Assembly: GCA_963731265.1 (NCBI GenBank)
Contig: CAVSUE010000002.1
Coordinates: forward strand, 224,001 to 288,000
Direction: 5' to 3'
Length of the DNA stretch: 64,000 nt
From: an uncultured Verrucomicrobiae bacterium
Lineage (GTDB): Bacteria > Chlamydiota > Chlamydiia > Chlamydiales > Rhabdochlamydiaceae
The notes beneath the pieces were generated by a model. That model did no database searches. It had not been told where the DNA came from and was given only the letters and a program-made list of their open reading frames with translations. The translations under genes were made by a program, and so were the position numbers. This document shows, piece after piece, positions 28,588 through 38,959 of the stretch (the first letter of the stretch is position 1; every line of letters starts with the position of its first letter).

Positions 28588-31169
28588 TAACTCATATGTT
28601 TGCCGAGCAATCCAGCTAGTTTCATCATATCGACAGGTTTTTTACCCAAGACTTTGGCGAGGTTGGCATCTGGGACGATCAGTCGTTTATTTTTTGGGTC
28701 CTGAAGATCGTGCTTTTTAATGTATTCCCAGATTTTCTTGGTCACTTCGGTTCGCGCGAGCTCTTTTGCTCCGACGATTTCTTCGAGTTCCTTAGAAAGT
28801 TTCAAAGAAGTCTGCTTTCTGGGAGCAGCGGCTTTCTTTTTCTGTTTGCCTGCGGTTTTTTTCTCTGCGGGGGCGGTTTCTTTTTTAGACCCAAATTTCC
28901 CTTTTCTTGCCTTTTTGATATAGGGCGTTTTAGGATGGTCTGGATATTTTTCCGTGAGATCGTCGAGATTATTGACAATCACATTGCAGTCGGGGAAATT
29001 CGAGCAAGAGAAAAAGGGCTTTCCGAATCGGGAACGCCGTTGGACCATCTTGCCGTCACAGCCCAGGGCTGGACAGGTAGGCATATCTTTTGCGGGCATT
29101 TCGTCTTTTTTTGGGATATTGACGATTCCGCGGCACTCGGGGTAGCGCGTGCATCCGAGAAAAGGGCCGAATCTTCCGAATCGCATTTTCATGGGGCTGT
29201 CACATTTGGGACAGTGCTGGTCCCAATTAAATGTCGGATCGTAGTCTTCCTTATTGAAGGTAAGGGCTTCTAAAGGAGCGGTGAATTTGCAATTGGGATA
29301 ATCAGAGCATCCATAGAAATATTTTTTTCGCGACCAGATTTTTTGGAGATTATGGCCGGATTCAGGGCATTTGATTTCCGTTTCGATGCGAGGGACAAAA
29401 GCTTCCTTCTCGGCAGTGAGTACGAAAGGAATAAATTTATCCCAAAAGTCGCGGACCAATGTTTTCCATTCGATTTGGTTTTCAGCAATATGTTCAAGTT
29501 CGTCTTCCATGGCAGCGGTGAAGCCGACGTTCATGATCATGCCAAAACTGTCTTCAAGCATCTTGGCAATGACAGTGCCAAGTTCTGTGGGCTTAAGCGT
29601 TCCTTTTTCTTTGGTCGTATAATCGCGGCTTTGGATCTTATTCATGATCGTCGCGTAGGTAGAAGGACGACCGATGCCTGATTTTTCGAGTTCTTTAACG
29701 AGAGAGGCTTCGGTAAACCGCGGAGGGGGGCGAGTGAATGCCTGTTGGGATTGAACTTCAAAAAGAAGAAGAGGTTGTCCTTCGAGCAAAGCGGGAAGAA
29801 TTTTTTCTTGATCTTCTTTTTCTTTTTCCTCGCCATTCCCCTTGTCTTGTTTCTCTTCGTAGGCTGCAAGGAATCCAGAAAATTTGATCGTAGATCCTGT
29901 TGCGCGCATCATAATGTCTTTATCGGTGACAATGTCGCAAGAGACAGTATCGTAAATGGCCGGGTTCATTTGGCAAGCGAGAAAGCGGCGCCAGATAAGA
30001 ACGTATAATTTATGTTGATCAACGCTCAGATAAGACTTGAGTTTATCGGGGCTGTGCTGGAGGCTGGTCGGCCGGATCGCTTCGTGGGCGTCCTGGGCGG
30101 CCTTTTTGGTCGAATACTGACGAGGTTCGTTGGGGAGATATTCTTTACCGTAAGTTTTTTCGATGTATTGGCGGGCTGCATCGATTGCTTCGGGGGCCAC
30201 ACGGACCGAGTCGGTACGCATATATGTGATCAAGCCCTCTGTCCCATCATTACCTAAATCGATGCCCTCATAGAGACCCTGGGCAATGTTCATTGTTCGC
30301 GAGGCGGAAAATCCATAATGGCGGTGAGCTTCTTGCTGAAGCGTTGATGTGATGAAGGGAGCAACAGGATTCCGTTTTTTCTCCCTTTTTTCTACGGATT
30401 CGACTTTGTATGTGGCGTTCTGCAATTTTTCCACGATGCCTTTTGCGGTGTTTTCATCGGGAATGGTGAATGTATCCTTACCAGGAACGGGCTCTTTTTC
30501 TATCCGTTTTCCTTCTACAGAATAGAGAAATGCAGTGAAAGGATTTTGATTTTTTTTCGTTTGCAGAGTGGATTGAATGTTCCAATATTCAATGGGCACA
30601 AAAGCTTCGATTTCTTTTTCTCGGTCGACCACCAACTTGAGGGCGACGGATTGCACGCGGCCTGCGGAGAGCCCCCCGTCCCGTGCTCCTTGGACCCTGC
30701 GAGTGAGGATGGGAGAAATTTTGTAGCCGACGATCCGGTCGAGTAGCCGACGCGCTTGCTGGGCATCGACTAAGGCTTGATCGATATTCCGTGGATGCTT
30801 TAACGCTTCCAACACCGCTTCTTTGGTGATCGAGTTGAAGGTGACGCGCTGGAACTTCGTGCCTTTTGGAAGAATAGAGGCGATATGCCAGGCAATGGCT
30901 TCGCCCTCGCGATCGGGGTCAGGAGCAAGATAGACGACATCTGCATGCTTGGCAGATTTTTTCAACCGGTCGATCACTTCTTTTTTGTCTGGGAGAATGG
31001 CATAGGCGGGCTCAAAATTGTGCTCGACATCGATCCCGAACCCTTTTTGGGGGAGATCCCGGACGTGACCGAGAGAAGATTCAAAGATGTAGTTGGGACC
31101 CAAAAACTTTTTTAAGGTTTTGATTTTCGCTGGGGATTCGACGATAATGAGGGCTTTACCCATTGACAA
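28587..31169 (-). CDS. topA: DNA topoisomerase I with zinc ribbons and C-terminal SWIB domain
   Basis: IVESPAK, DPDREGE, SAGRVQS, ITYMRTDS; C-terminal RTEVTKKIWEYIKKHDLQDPKNKRLI. Confidence 0.97.
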   Translation of the reverse strand: MSMGKALIIVESPAKIKTLKKFLGPNYIFESSLGHVRDLPQKGFGIDVEHNFEPAYAILPDKKEVIDRLKKSAKHADVVYLAPDPDREGEAIAWHIASILPKGTKFQRVTFNSITKEAVLEALKHPRNIDQALVDAQQARRLLDRIVGYKISPILTRRVQGARDGGLSAGRVQSVALKLVVDREKEIEAFVPIEYWNIQSTLQTKKNQNPFTAFLYSVEGKRIEKEPVPGKDTFTIPDENTAKGIVEKLQNATYKVESVEKREKKRNPVAPFITSTLQQEAHRHYGFSASRTMNIAQGLYEGIDLGNDGTEGLITYMRTDSVRVAPEAIDAARQYIEKTYGKEYLPNEPRQYSTKKAAQDAHEAIRPTSLQHSPDKLKSYLSVDQHKLYVLIWRRFLACQMNPAIYDTVSCDIVTDKDIMMRATGSTIKFSGFLAAYEEKQDKGNGEEKEKEDQEKILPALLEGQPLLLFEVQSQQAFTRPPPRFTEASLVKELEKSGIGRPSTYATIMNKIQSRDYTTKEKGTLKPTELGTVIAKMLEDSFGMIMNVGFTAAMEDELEHIAENQIEWKTLVRDFWDKFIPFVLTAEKEAFVPRIETEIKCPESGHNLQKIWSRKKYFYGCSDYPNCKFTAPLEALTFNKEDYDPTFNWDQHCPKCDSPMKMRFGRFGPFLGCTRYPECRGIVNIPKKDEMPAKDMPTCPALGCDGKMVQRRSRFGKPFFSCSNFPDCNVIVNNLDDLTEKYPDHPKTPYIKKARKGKFGSKKETAPAEKKTAGKQKKKAAAPRKQTSLKLSKELEEIVGAKELARTEVTKKIWEYIKKHDLQDPKNKRLIVPDANLAKVLGKKPVDMMKLAGLLGKHMS

Positions 31170-31353
31170 TTCCTTTTATCCTTTAGGGAGTACCTGAAGG
31201 AAATGATAAAATACAAGCCACAAAAGTGGCAAACAGGCGAGATTAGTGCGAATACGATCGAAAATCAAGAGATTTTTTATTTTTACCAAAAAAACGGAAA
31301 ATTCAATTTCCATGAAAAATGCTTATAACCTATTCTTAGTAAGGAAAAATAAA

Positions 31354-32145
31354 ATGACTTCAACGCGTAAAGCTTTTCAAGATTTGAAGAATGCAGCCCG
31401 CCAACATAGAGTTTGGATGCATCTGGGCTGGGTTGAAGTGAAGCAGCGCTATAGGCGCTCTGTGATCGGCCCCTGGTGGATAAGCCTGAGCATGCTGATC
31501 TTCATCTTGATGATGGGGATTGTTTTCAGTCGGCTTTTTCGTCAGCCTTTAGAAGAATATATCCCTTTTTTTACTGCCGGATTTCTGTTTTGGAGTTTTA
31601 TTTCCAGCAGTGTTGTGGAATCGGCGGATACTTTCAAGGGGAATGAAGGGTTTATAAAGCAGATCAAACTTCCGTACAGTCTATATGTTTTTAAACACCT
31701 CGTGAGGCAGATCATCTGTTTCCTGCATAACTTGGTGGTTTATGTTCTCGTGTGCTTATTTTTTAAGTTAAATCCAGGTTTCACCGCTTTGTTGGCCATC
31801 CCGGGTTTTTTGCTGTTTGCGCTCAATGTTTTCTGGATATGCTTTCTTGTCTCGATGGTTTGCGCCCGTTACCGAGACATGGTGCCAATTATTACGAGCT
31901 GCGTTCAAATTGCTTTTTTTGTGACGCCCATTTCTTGGATGCCCCGATTGTTGGATCAAAATCCTTCCATTTTGAAATATAATCCATTGGTCTATCTATT
32001 AGACATCGTTCGTTCTCCTCTTCTAGGGACATTTCCCTCTGCGATTAGTTGGACTGTCGATCTCGGGATGGCACTGTGCGGCTGTATGATCAGCTTTATT
32101 GTATTTTCAGCCGTGCGCTCGCGGATCGTTTTTTGGGTGGATTAA
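31354..32145 (+). CDS. wzm: Polysaccharide ABC exporter permease
   Basis: VKQRYRRSVIGPWW, ARYRD, FFVTPISW, YNPL. Confidence 0.88.
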   Translation: MTSTRKAFQDLKNAARQHRVWMHLGWVEVKQRYRRSVIGPWWISLSMLIFILMMGIVFSRLFRQPLEEYIPFFTAGFLFWSFISSSVVESADTFKGNEGFIKQIKLPYSLYVFKHLVRQIICFLHNLVVYVLVCLFFKLNPGFTALLAIPGFLLFALNVFWICFLVSMVCARYRDMVPIITSCVQIAFFVTPISWMPRLLDQNPSILKYNPLVYLLDIVRSPLLGTFPSAISWTVDLGMALCGCMISFIVFSAVRSRIVFWVD

Positions 32146-32152
32146 CTTACTT

Positions 32153-32887
32153 ATGGCATGTATCGAAGTTGAAAATGTTTCCTTAACTTACCCTGTCTAT
32201 GGCCAGAATGCGCGTTCATTTAAATCGACGCTCATCAACAAAGCTACCGGCGGGCGCCTGGGGACAAGCAGCGGCAACGTGATTGTCGAGGCGCTTAAAG
32301 ATGTGAGCTTTAAGCTTGAAAAAGGGGATCGTTTAGCGATTATCGGCCACAATGGCGCCGGTAAATCTACTCTTCTCAAAGTCCTTGCAAAAATTTATGA
32401 GCCGACGAAAGGGACGGTTCATATCCATGGGATGACGAACTGTCTGTTCGACATCATGATGGGGATGGACCTGGAGCTGAATGGGTATGAAAATATTTTC
32501 TTGCGCGGCATTATCCTCGGACTATCCAAGGCGGAAATCCGAAAAATTATTCCCAAAGTAGAAGATTTCTCCGAGTTGGGAGATTTTATGAAGATGCCCA
32601 TTAAATCGTATTCTTCTGGGATGAAAGTGCGCCTTGCTTTTGGCATTATTACGAATGTATATTCCGAAATTTTATTGATCGACGAAGTTGTAAACGTAGG
32701 CGATGCAAAGTTTATAGAAAAAGCAAAAGTCCAAATGAGAAGCTTAGTGCATCAGTCGGAATTTCTAGTCCTCTCCTCACACGATGTCCATGTTATTAGA
32801 GAGTTTTGCAATAAGGCCTTGTGGTTGGAAAAAGGGGTTGTGAAGCACCTGGGCACAGTAGACGAAGTGTTGAAGCTCTATATGTAA
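32153..32887 (+). CDS. wzt: Polysaccharide ABC exporter ATPase (no C-terminal carbohydrate-binding domain)
   Basis: GHNGAGKST, YSSGMKVRLAF, LLIDE..VGD. Confidence 0.9.
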   Translation: MACIEVENVSLTYPVYGQNARSFKSTLINKATGGRLGTSSGNVIVEALKDVSFKLEKGDRLAIIGHNGAGKSTLLKVLAKIYEPTKGTVHIHGMTNCLFDIMMGMDLELNGYENIFLRGIILGLSKAEIRKIIPKVEDFSELGDFMKMPIKSYSSGMKVRLAFGIITNVYSEILLIDEVVNVGDAKFIEKAKVQMRSLVHQSEFLVLSSHDVHVIREFCNKALWLEKGVVKHLGTVDEVLKLYM

Positions 32888-32888
32888 A

Positions 32889-34919
32889 TTACTCGATTTC
32901 TTCTTTGGAGATTTTTTTCCGGCAGTCTCGGACAACTCGTAAGGCCACTTTCTTGACAACGCCTTTGATGCCGTATTGTTCCATGACGACCCCTGCTTTC
33001 ACAAAATTGCGGCCGACGGAGTGCATCAGAGAGGCCATTCGTTTTTGGTATTGATTTGAACGTTGGGCTTTGGTTGAAGGCACACAAGAAGGGTTCGTTT
33101 GCAATTTTTCCAAATCTTTGCGCAAGGCGATCATGCTATGGCGCCAAGTATAACGGGAAAGGACGCTTTGCCTGGCCAACTTGCCCATTGCACTCATTTC
33201 CTTGGCATTTAAAGCGATTGCTTGCTGCATTTTTACAGACAAATCTGCGAGGTTCGGCTCCCACCATTCTCCAACATCTGTAAAGCCTTTATCACTGTAG
33301 TCGGCTTTAATGGGTGTTCCTTCAAAGTGCAGGCAATTGCCATCTTTAATGAATTCTTTTGCGGCTCCGTAATTGGGGACGACGCACACCTTCCCGCAAG
33401 CCATTGCCTCCAAAATCGGATAACCAAACCCTTCGCTGCGGGAATTCAAAAGAAAGAGATCGCAAGAACGGTATAATGTGGCCATATCGGCATGGCTAAC
33501 AAACTCTACGAACGCAGGCTGCAGCAACGCGATTTGCTTATCCCAGTTGATGGAGACGATAAAATTGCCGAGTCTGAAAGCGAATTGACAGTCCATTCTG
33601 AGCTGCGCAAGTTCAATCCCCTTTCCATACATCACTAAAAAGACACCGGGATGGGAGGAACGGATCAGATTCCACATGGCAAATGTGACGTCGAGTCCTT
33701 TGCGAAATTGGTTTTGAAACACGCAAAGAATCGATTTAGCCCAAGGAAAAGCCAATTTTTCCCCCCAAGGATGAAATAAATCGGTCTCAACTCCAAACGG
33801 CAATACGGATACATTTTTAAAACCCGAATTTTCGAAAACTTCTTTGTTCCATTGCGAGGGAACGAAGGTGTGTTTAAATTTTTTCGCTTCTGCCATCCAT
33901 GAGGAAGGGAGCTTAGTTGTTTCCCAAACGGACAATAAATAGTCCGTGTTGACAAGATGCGGGTGGGCGATGCTGGAAAGAGTGGATGCAGCGGGAGAAG
34001 AGGTGATCAACCCGTATTTTGTTAAGTACTTCCATAAAAATTCATTTGTCGTGCTCCAGGAACTGGCGATGCCCCGCGGGATAAAAGGGAAGCGTACGTG
34101 AAAACGGAGGAAGTCTGCAGCGAAATAATTTTTGTTGCGCTTGATGAGCTTCGTTTTATTATATAACTTTTGTTTGTCGAAAGTGGAGCCTACAAAGTGT
34201 CGGATCAAGGCGGTTTGATCATAAGCGCAGCGGTAGCCCGCAAGTTGGCACCGGTAACAAAAGTCAGCGTCTTCATGATAAAATTCATATTTCTCACTCA
34301 GGAATCCGACTTCCCGAAAAACACTGCTTTTAATGAGAACGCAGGTAAACTCGCAAAAATCTGCTTCTAGCAATTCGGGACGCGCTTGCTCTATATCGTA
34401 TTCTTGAGCTTCTTGTAAATGGAGGGATGGTTTGAATTGGTATTTAACTAATAAAGAGTTTTGTTGATTTGTCTCGTAGTCATGGGAAAAATCAAGCTTT
34501 GTTAAATCCCATTTCGTTCTCTGGACGTCGTGGAGAACTTCATTGTCGCCAAGGGTAATCTGCCGAGGGGCCAGCACCCCAAGGTTGGTTTCCTCTTCTG
34601 CTCGCGCTAAGAGCTGAGTGGCAACCGAAGTTTTAAATTCAATATCGTTGTTAAGGATGAGAATGTATTCGGCATTCCGATCCAGAGCCTCTTTGATCCC
34701 TCGGTTAACCGCTTCCACAAAAGTGGCTCGTGTATGCATCTGAATGCAGCCGTATCCCAATTCTCGGCATTTTTGTTCCGTCCCATCCCGGCTGCCTTGA
34801 TCGATGATGAAGATCTGTTCCTTGGGGAGGTCGATGGTGGGAAGAAGGCGGTCTAATAGATGCCAGCCTTCAATGCTGGGAATGATGGCGAGACATTTTT
34901 CGGAAGAAGAAAAAGCCAT
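32889..34919 (-). CDS. Bifunctional glycosyltransferase GT2 + GT4
   Basis: IIDQGSRDGT, ILNND, YHEDADFC; C-half RKGLD, SEGFGYPILEAMACG. Confidence 0.85.
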   Translation of the reverse strand: MAFSSSEKCLAIIPSIEGWHLLDRLLPTIDLPKEQIFIIDQGSRDGTEQKCRELGYGCIQMHTRATFVEAVNRGIKEALDRNAEYILILNNDIEFKTSVATQLLARAEEETNLGVLAPRQITLGDNEVLHDVQRTKWDLTKLDFSHDYETNQQNSLLVKYQFKPSLHLQEAQEYDIEQARPELLEADFCEFTCVLIKSSVFREVGFLSEKYEFYHEDADFCYRCQLAGYRCAYDQTALIRHFVGSTFDKQKLYNKTKLIKRNKNYFAADFLRFHVRFPFIPRGIASSWSTTNEFLWKYLTKYGLITSSPAASTLSSIAHPHLVNTDYLLSVWETTKLPSSWMAEAKKFKHTFVPSQWNKEVFENSGFKNVSVLPFGVETDLFHPWGEKLAFPWAKSILCVFQNQFRKGLDVTFAMWNLIRSSHPGVFLVMYGKGIELAQLRMDCQFAFRLGNFIVSINWDKQIALLQPAFVEFVSHADMATLYRSCDLFLLNSRSEGFGYPILEAMACGKVCVVPNYGAAKEFIKDGNCLHFEGTPIKADYSDKGFTDVGEWWEPNLADLSVKMQQAIALNAKEMSAMGKLARQSVLSRYTWRHSMIALRKDLEKLQTNPSCVPSTKAQRSNQYQKRMASLMHSVGRNFVKAGVVMEQYGIKGVVKKVALRVVRDCRKKISKEEIE

Positions 34920-35014
34920 ATTAATTCACAAAAAACATTAAGAATAGCTTCCTACGGCCATCCTGTCAATAAAACTTGTCTTATTGGTGGCCATTTGCCA
35001 ACATGGACTGATTT

Positions 35015-35142
35015 ATCTCGACTTTGCAACTTTTCGGGGCCAAAGGCCTCGAAATATTTGCTCTCGGCCGTTCGACCATCGGTCGAACGGCCGAGAGCAA
35101 ATAGGCGAGGAAGGCGGGCCCAAAAAGTTGCAAAGTCGAGAT
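35015..35142. mobile_element. 128-bp palindromic element (CTCGACTTTGCAAC family)
   Basis: Perfect 20-bp terminal arms and perfect 23-bp inner hairpin (35055-35077 / 35081-35103); homologous to 62092-62275. Confidence 0.93.
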
Positions 35143-35144
35143 TT

Positions 35145-36113
35145 ATGACAATTACGACAATTATTCCGACTTATAGACGGCCTGAGCGGTTAAGAAAAGC
35201 GATTAAAAGCGTTTTAAATCAAACTTATTCTGATTTTCAAGTTTGTATCTACGACGATGCTTCCGGAGATGCGACAAAGGATGTCGTTTCAGAATTTGCG
35301 TCGGATAGCCGGGTCAAATATGATTGCCATCCGCAAAATATAGGCTCCTTTGAAAATTTTCAGTTCGCATTATCGAGGGTGGAAACCCCTTTTTTTTCCT
35401 TTCTTTCCGATGATGATTTTTTACTTCCCGAATTTTATGAAACAGCTTTACGAGGTTTTGAAAAATTTCCTGCTGCGGCTTTTTCTATGGGTGCGGTGAT
35501 CGATGTGGATGATAAGGGAAGGTACATCGATATCGTTTTGTCTAAATGGCCCGATCAAGAATATTTTTCTCCCCCTGAAGGGCTTTTAGAAATGATCGGC
35601 AAGTATTCCAATTGGACCGGGATCCTTTTTCGGAGGGAAGTGATTGAGAAGATAGGCGTTTTGGACCTTAGAGTTAAGGCGATCGACGTCGACTATCTTT
35701 TTCGCGCCGCTGCGCATCTGCCCTTTACGCTCACAAAAAAGCCTGTTGCGGTATTCGTTCAGCATCCCCAGTCCTGTTCCGGATCAATGGGGTTGAGCCT
35801 TATTTGGCCGGGATGGCAAATCATGGGCGACAAACTCCGGGAAGACGAGGGTCTTTCTTTGAGCGTGAAAAAAGAAATCGAGGCGAGACTCCAAAAAGAC
35901 CTTGAGGGGTTGCTCATCATGAACCTGGTGCGATCTTTGGCGGCTAACAAAACTCAGGAGGCGGAAGCGATCCTGGCAGTTATGGATAGGCAAATGGGAA
36001 AGGCGTGGAAGAAGAAATTCTACGCGATGGTGTTCCTGGGGTATAAAATTTTTCCTCTATCGTCTGTTTTAATTCTAGGCCTTATGAAGCTAAGGCGATT
36101 ATGTCGTCGTTAG
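35145..36113 (+). CDS. Glycosyltransferase family 2
   Basis: IIPTYRRP, YDDASGD, FLSDDD; ATG 2 nt after the element. Confidence 0.88.
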   Translation: MTITTIIPTYRRPERLRKAIKSVLNQTYSDFQVCIYDDASGDATKDVVSEFASDSRVKYDCHPQNIGSFENFQFALSRVETPFFSFLSDDDFLLPEFYETALRGFEKFPAAAFSMGAVIDVDDKGRYIDIVLSKWPDQEYFSPPEGLLEMIGKYSNWTGILFRREVIEKIGVLDLRVKAIDVDYLFRAAAHLPFTLTKKPVAVFVQHPQSCSGSMGLSLIWPGWQIMGDKLREDEGLSLSVKKEIEARLQKDLEGLLIMNLVRSLAANKTQEAEAILAVMDRQMGKAWKKKFYAMVFLGYKIFPLSSVLILGLMKLRRLCRR

Positions 36114-37615
36114 CCAAGAGCTTCGCAGCCAGTTTCATAGGCAAAATCTGGACAGCATCGATGTCCCTGGTTTTTTTGCCTTATTATATTCAATGGATCG
36201 GGTTCGAAGCCTATGGGCTTGTCGGAGTTTATGCGGCTCTTCTAGCTCTCTTTAGCGTGTTGGACCTTGGGTTGGGGTCCTCTATGATTAGAGAAATGGC
36301 GAGAATTGGCCCGACCGATCCCCCTGAAGAGGTCCGTAATCTGACACGGAGCCTGGAGTTTATTTACTGGGCGGTGGCCATTTTCATTGGAACGACTCTC
36401 TTTTTTGCCGCTCCCTACATCTCAAGGCATTGGATTCAGCCCAAGACGTTCTCCCATGAAACTGTTAAACAATCCATTTATTTGATCGGACTCGCTTTAG
36501 CCTTTTTGTGGCCTTCTTCTTTATATGCAGGAGGGCTCATCGGTCTTCAGAGGCAAGTGTTGTTGAATAAGATTATCGTCATAGTAGCGACGATAAGAGG
36601 GGTGGGGATGCTGGTCATCCTCGCCTTTATCTCACCGACTATTCAGGCTTTTTTGCTTTGGCAAATTTTCATTAATTTTCTTCAAACAGCTCTCACAGCA
36701 TTTTTTTTATGGAAAAACATTCCGCATAGCTTAATTGCTCCCAAATTTGACAAGTCGATTATTGCCCGAGTGAAAAAATATGCAGCCGGGATTGCAGGAG
36801 TCACTGTGATTGGAGTGCTCTTTTCACACGTAGATAAAATTGTTTTGAGCAGGGTGTTGCCCTTGGAAGCATTTGGTTATTATGCTCTTGCGGTAACAGT
36901 TGCAAGCTCTCTGTTTCATATTACTGGTCCCATTTATTCCGTTTGCTTTCCTCGATTCAGTCAGTTAATCGCGATAAATGATTTTAAAAGCTTAAGTCAT
37001 GTTTATCATTTTGGATGTCAATTGATGTCTGCCTTTGTTATTCCCTCTTCCCTTTTTATTATTCTGTTTTCCCAGGAACTTCTCTTTTTGTGGACTCAAA
37101 GTCTAGAGACAGTGAATAATACAAATGTTTTGGTGAAATTGTTGGTGGCAGGAACAATGCTTAATGCCTTATTGTATCTGCCGACAGCTTTGCAATATGC
37201 TTTTGGGTGGACAAACCTGACACTCTGTTTGAATCTCGTCAGTTTTTTAATCATGGTGCCATTGGTATGCTTGAGTGCTAATTATTTTGGAGCCAAAGGC
37301 GCAGCCTGGTCTTGGGGATTGATCAATGCGTTGTTGTTATTTGTGACGATGCAACTCATGCATCGACGGATGATTAAGAATGATAAGTGGGTTTGGTATG
37401 TTAAAGACGTCGGGTTGCCTTTTATTGCTTCCTTATCCGTCCTGACCGTTGGAAGATTCATGATTGTTGGTCATGGGAATGCTGTTTTGACGATTGTGCA
37501 ACTTCTCGCAATATTTTTAACCTCTTTGGCGGCTGCTTTTTTTGCGTCATCGCATGTGCGGCATTGGATAAGAGGATTTTTGCAAACCTCCTCCCATGGG
37601 GCCTTCGACAAGTGA
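36101..37615 (+). CDS. wzx: Oligosaccharide flippase
   Basis: ~13 TM; GFEAYGLVG, LDLGLG, DKIVLS, FGYYALA, FPRFSQ. Confidence 0.85.
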   Translation: MSSLAKSFAASFIGKIWTASMSLVFLPYYIQWIGFEAYGLVGVYAALLALFSVLDLGLGSSMIREMARIGPTDPPEEVRNLTRSLEFIYWAVAIFIGTTLFFAAPYISRHWIQPKTFSHETVKQSIYLIGLALAFLWPSSLYAGGLIGLQRQVLLNKIIVIVATIRGVGMLVILAFISPTIQAFLLWQIFINFLQTALTAFFLWKNIPHSLIAPKFDKSIIARVKKYAAGIAGVTVIGVLFSHVDKIVLSRVLPLEAFGYYALAVTVASSLFHITGPIYSVCFPRFSQLIAINDFKSLSHVYHFGCQLMSAFVIPSSLFIILFSQELLFLWTQSLETVNNTNVLVKLLVAGTMLNALLYLPTALQYAFGWTNLTLCLNLVSFLIMVPLVCLSANYFGAKGAAWSWGLINALLLFVTMQLMHRRMIKNDKWVWYVKDVGLPFIASLSVLTVGRFMIVGHGNAVLTIVQLLAIFLTSLAAAFFASSHVRHWIRGFLQTSSHGAFDK

Positions 37616-37616
37616 A

Positions 37617-37707
37617 CCCAGGCCTTAAGGCCTGGGATTGAGGTGGGCCGAGCTTCTTACTCGGCGGAACATTGTTTTTGAAAATACCCGGCCCTTAAGG
37701 GCCGGGT
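37617..37707. repeat. Pair of GC-rich perfect palindromes (REP/IS605-end-like)
   Basis: CCCAGGCCTTAAGGCCTGGG (37617-37636) and ACCCGGCCCTTAAGGGCCGGGT (37686-37707). Confidence 0.85.
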
Positions 37708-37723
37708 TTCCGCCGGAGGACGG

Positions 37724-38956
37724 ATGAAAATTGCAGTCATCGATCACATCGGAAATCCTGGCGGGGGATCCCGTGTGGCGCGGTCCCTGCTCCCTGCCTT
37801 GAAGAGAGTCAGGCCCGAAATCGATATCACTTTTTTTGGAAATCCCCATAGCATCAAACGGGAGCAGCTCGATCGGATGGCTGCTCAAGCCGGCTTTAAC
37901 ATCTATCCTCTTGCTTCGGCAAAACTCGCCGGCAGAGATGTGTTCAACATTCGTGGAAGCCGTCATGTGATCAACTTGTTTCAAAGAAAATTAGCGCGCT
38001 TTTTATCTCCTTTGTCCTTCTATTTGTCAGGAGCGGTGCATAAAGAGCTCGAAAAGGTTGTCAAAAATTACGATCTGGCGTTTTTCATTTGGCCCTTTCA
38101 TTTGAAATGTCCCGAGCTGAAATGTCCCATGGCCGGGATCTTTCACGATTTTAATTTTAAGTATTTTTTTTCCGGCCAGACGATGGCCCCATGGGTCTTG
38201 GAATTCCTAAATCGAGAAATGCCCCAATGGCTTTCTAAAGCAATGCCCATCGTTTCGACAGAATTCATGAGAGGGGAATTGGAAAAATTTTATCCCTCCT
38301 GCAGCGGCAAAACAAAAGTTGTTCCTGTCGCGCCAACAATCGGCGCGGATGATTCTGATAAGGAAACAGCGGCCCGTCTCATTACGGATCGTTTCCGCAT
38401 TGAAAAAGAGTACATTCTGTGTCCAACGAATATTAGCGGTCATAAAAATATCGGGGTCCTCCTTTCTGCTTTTGCTATTCTGAAACGGAAACATGATTTG
38501 CTCCTAGTGTTTACCGGGCCGGGCACCGAGATTATCAATGGCCGAGCTTGTGAAATCGGATTGGAGATGGGCAGCGAACCTCAGGATGTGATCGGGTTAG
38601 GCTATGTCGCCAATGAAGAGATGGATGCGCTCATCCAATGCGCTGCTGCGGTGGTGAATTCGTCTCTCTATGAAGGCGGGAATATCCCCGGTTTCGATGC
38701 CTGGGAAAAAGGGATCCCCGTCGCGATGTCGAATATTCCTCCCTTCCTCGAGCATATGGAAGTGCATCGCGTCCATGCAGAAATATTTGATCCGAGATCT
38801 CCGGAAGATATTGCTGAAAAGATCGGCCGCTTGTTATCAAATATTCCCGAGACCAAACTCAAAGCGCTGGAATCGCAGCAAAATATACGTCATTTTACCT
38901 GGGAAAGATCTGCGGAAGGTTATTTGAAAATTTTCGATGAAATGATTCAAACTTGA
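37724..38956 (+). CDS. Glycosyltransferase family 4
   Basis: NPGGGSRV, HKNIGVLL, SLYEGGNIPGFDAW..GIPV; GGAGG RBS. Confidence 0.85.
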   Translation: MKIAVIDHIGNPGGGSRVARSLLPALKRVRPEIDITFFGNPHSIKREQLDRMAAQAGFNIYPLASAKLAGRDVFNIRGSRHVINLFQRKLARFLSPLSFYLSGAVHKELEKVVKNYDLAFFIWPFHLKCPELKCPMAGIFHDFNFKYFFSGQTMAPWVLEFLNREMPQWLSKAMPIVSTEFMRGELEKFYPSCSGKTKVVPVAPTIGADDSDKETAARLITDRFRIEKEYILCPTNISGHKNIGVLLSAFAILKRKHDLLLVFTGPGTEIINGRACEIGLEMGSEPQDVIGLGYVANEEMDALIQCAAAVVNSSLYEGGNIPGFDAWEKGIPVAMSNIPPFLEHMEVHRVHAEIFDPRSPEDIAEKIGRLLSNIPETKLKALESQQNIRHFTWERSAEGYLKIFDEMIQT

Positions 38957-38959
38957 GGA

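Noticed and set aside
34860..35144. Long N-terminal extension of the GT2 ORF in the ORF track
   Set aside because: Overlaps the divergent gene and reads through the palindromic element; the GT2 domain begins at Met 35145
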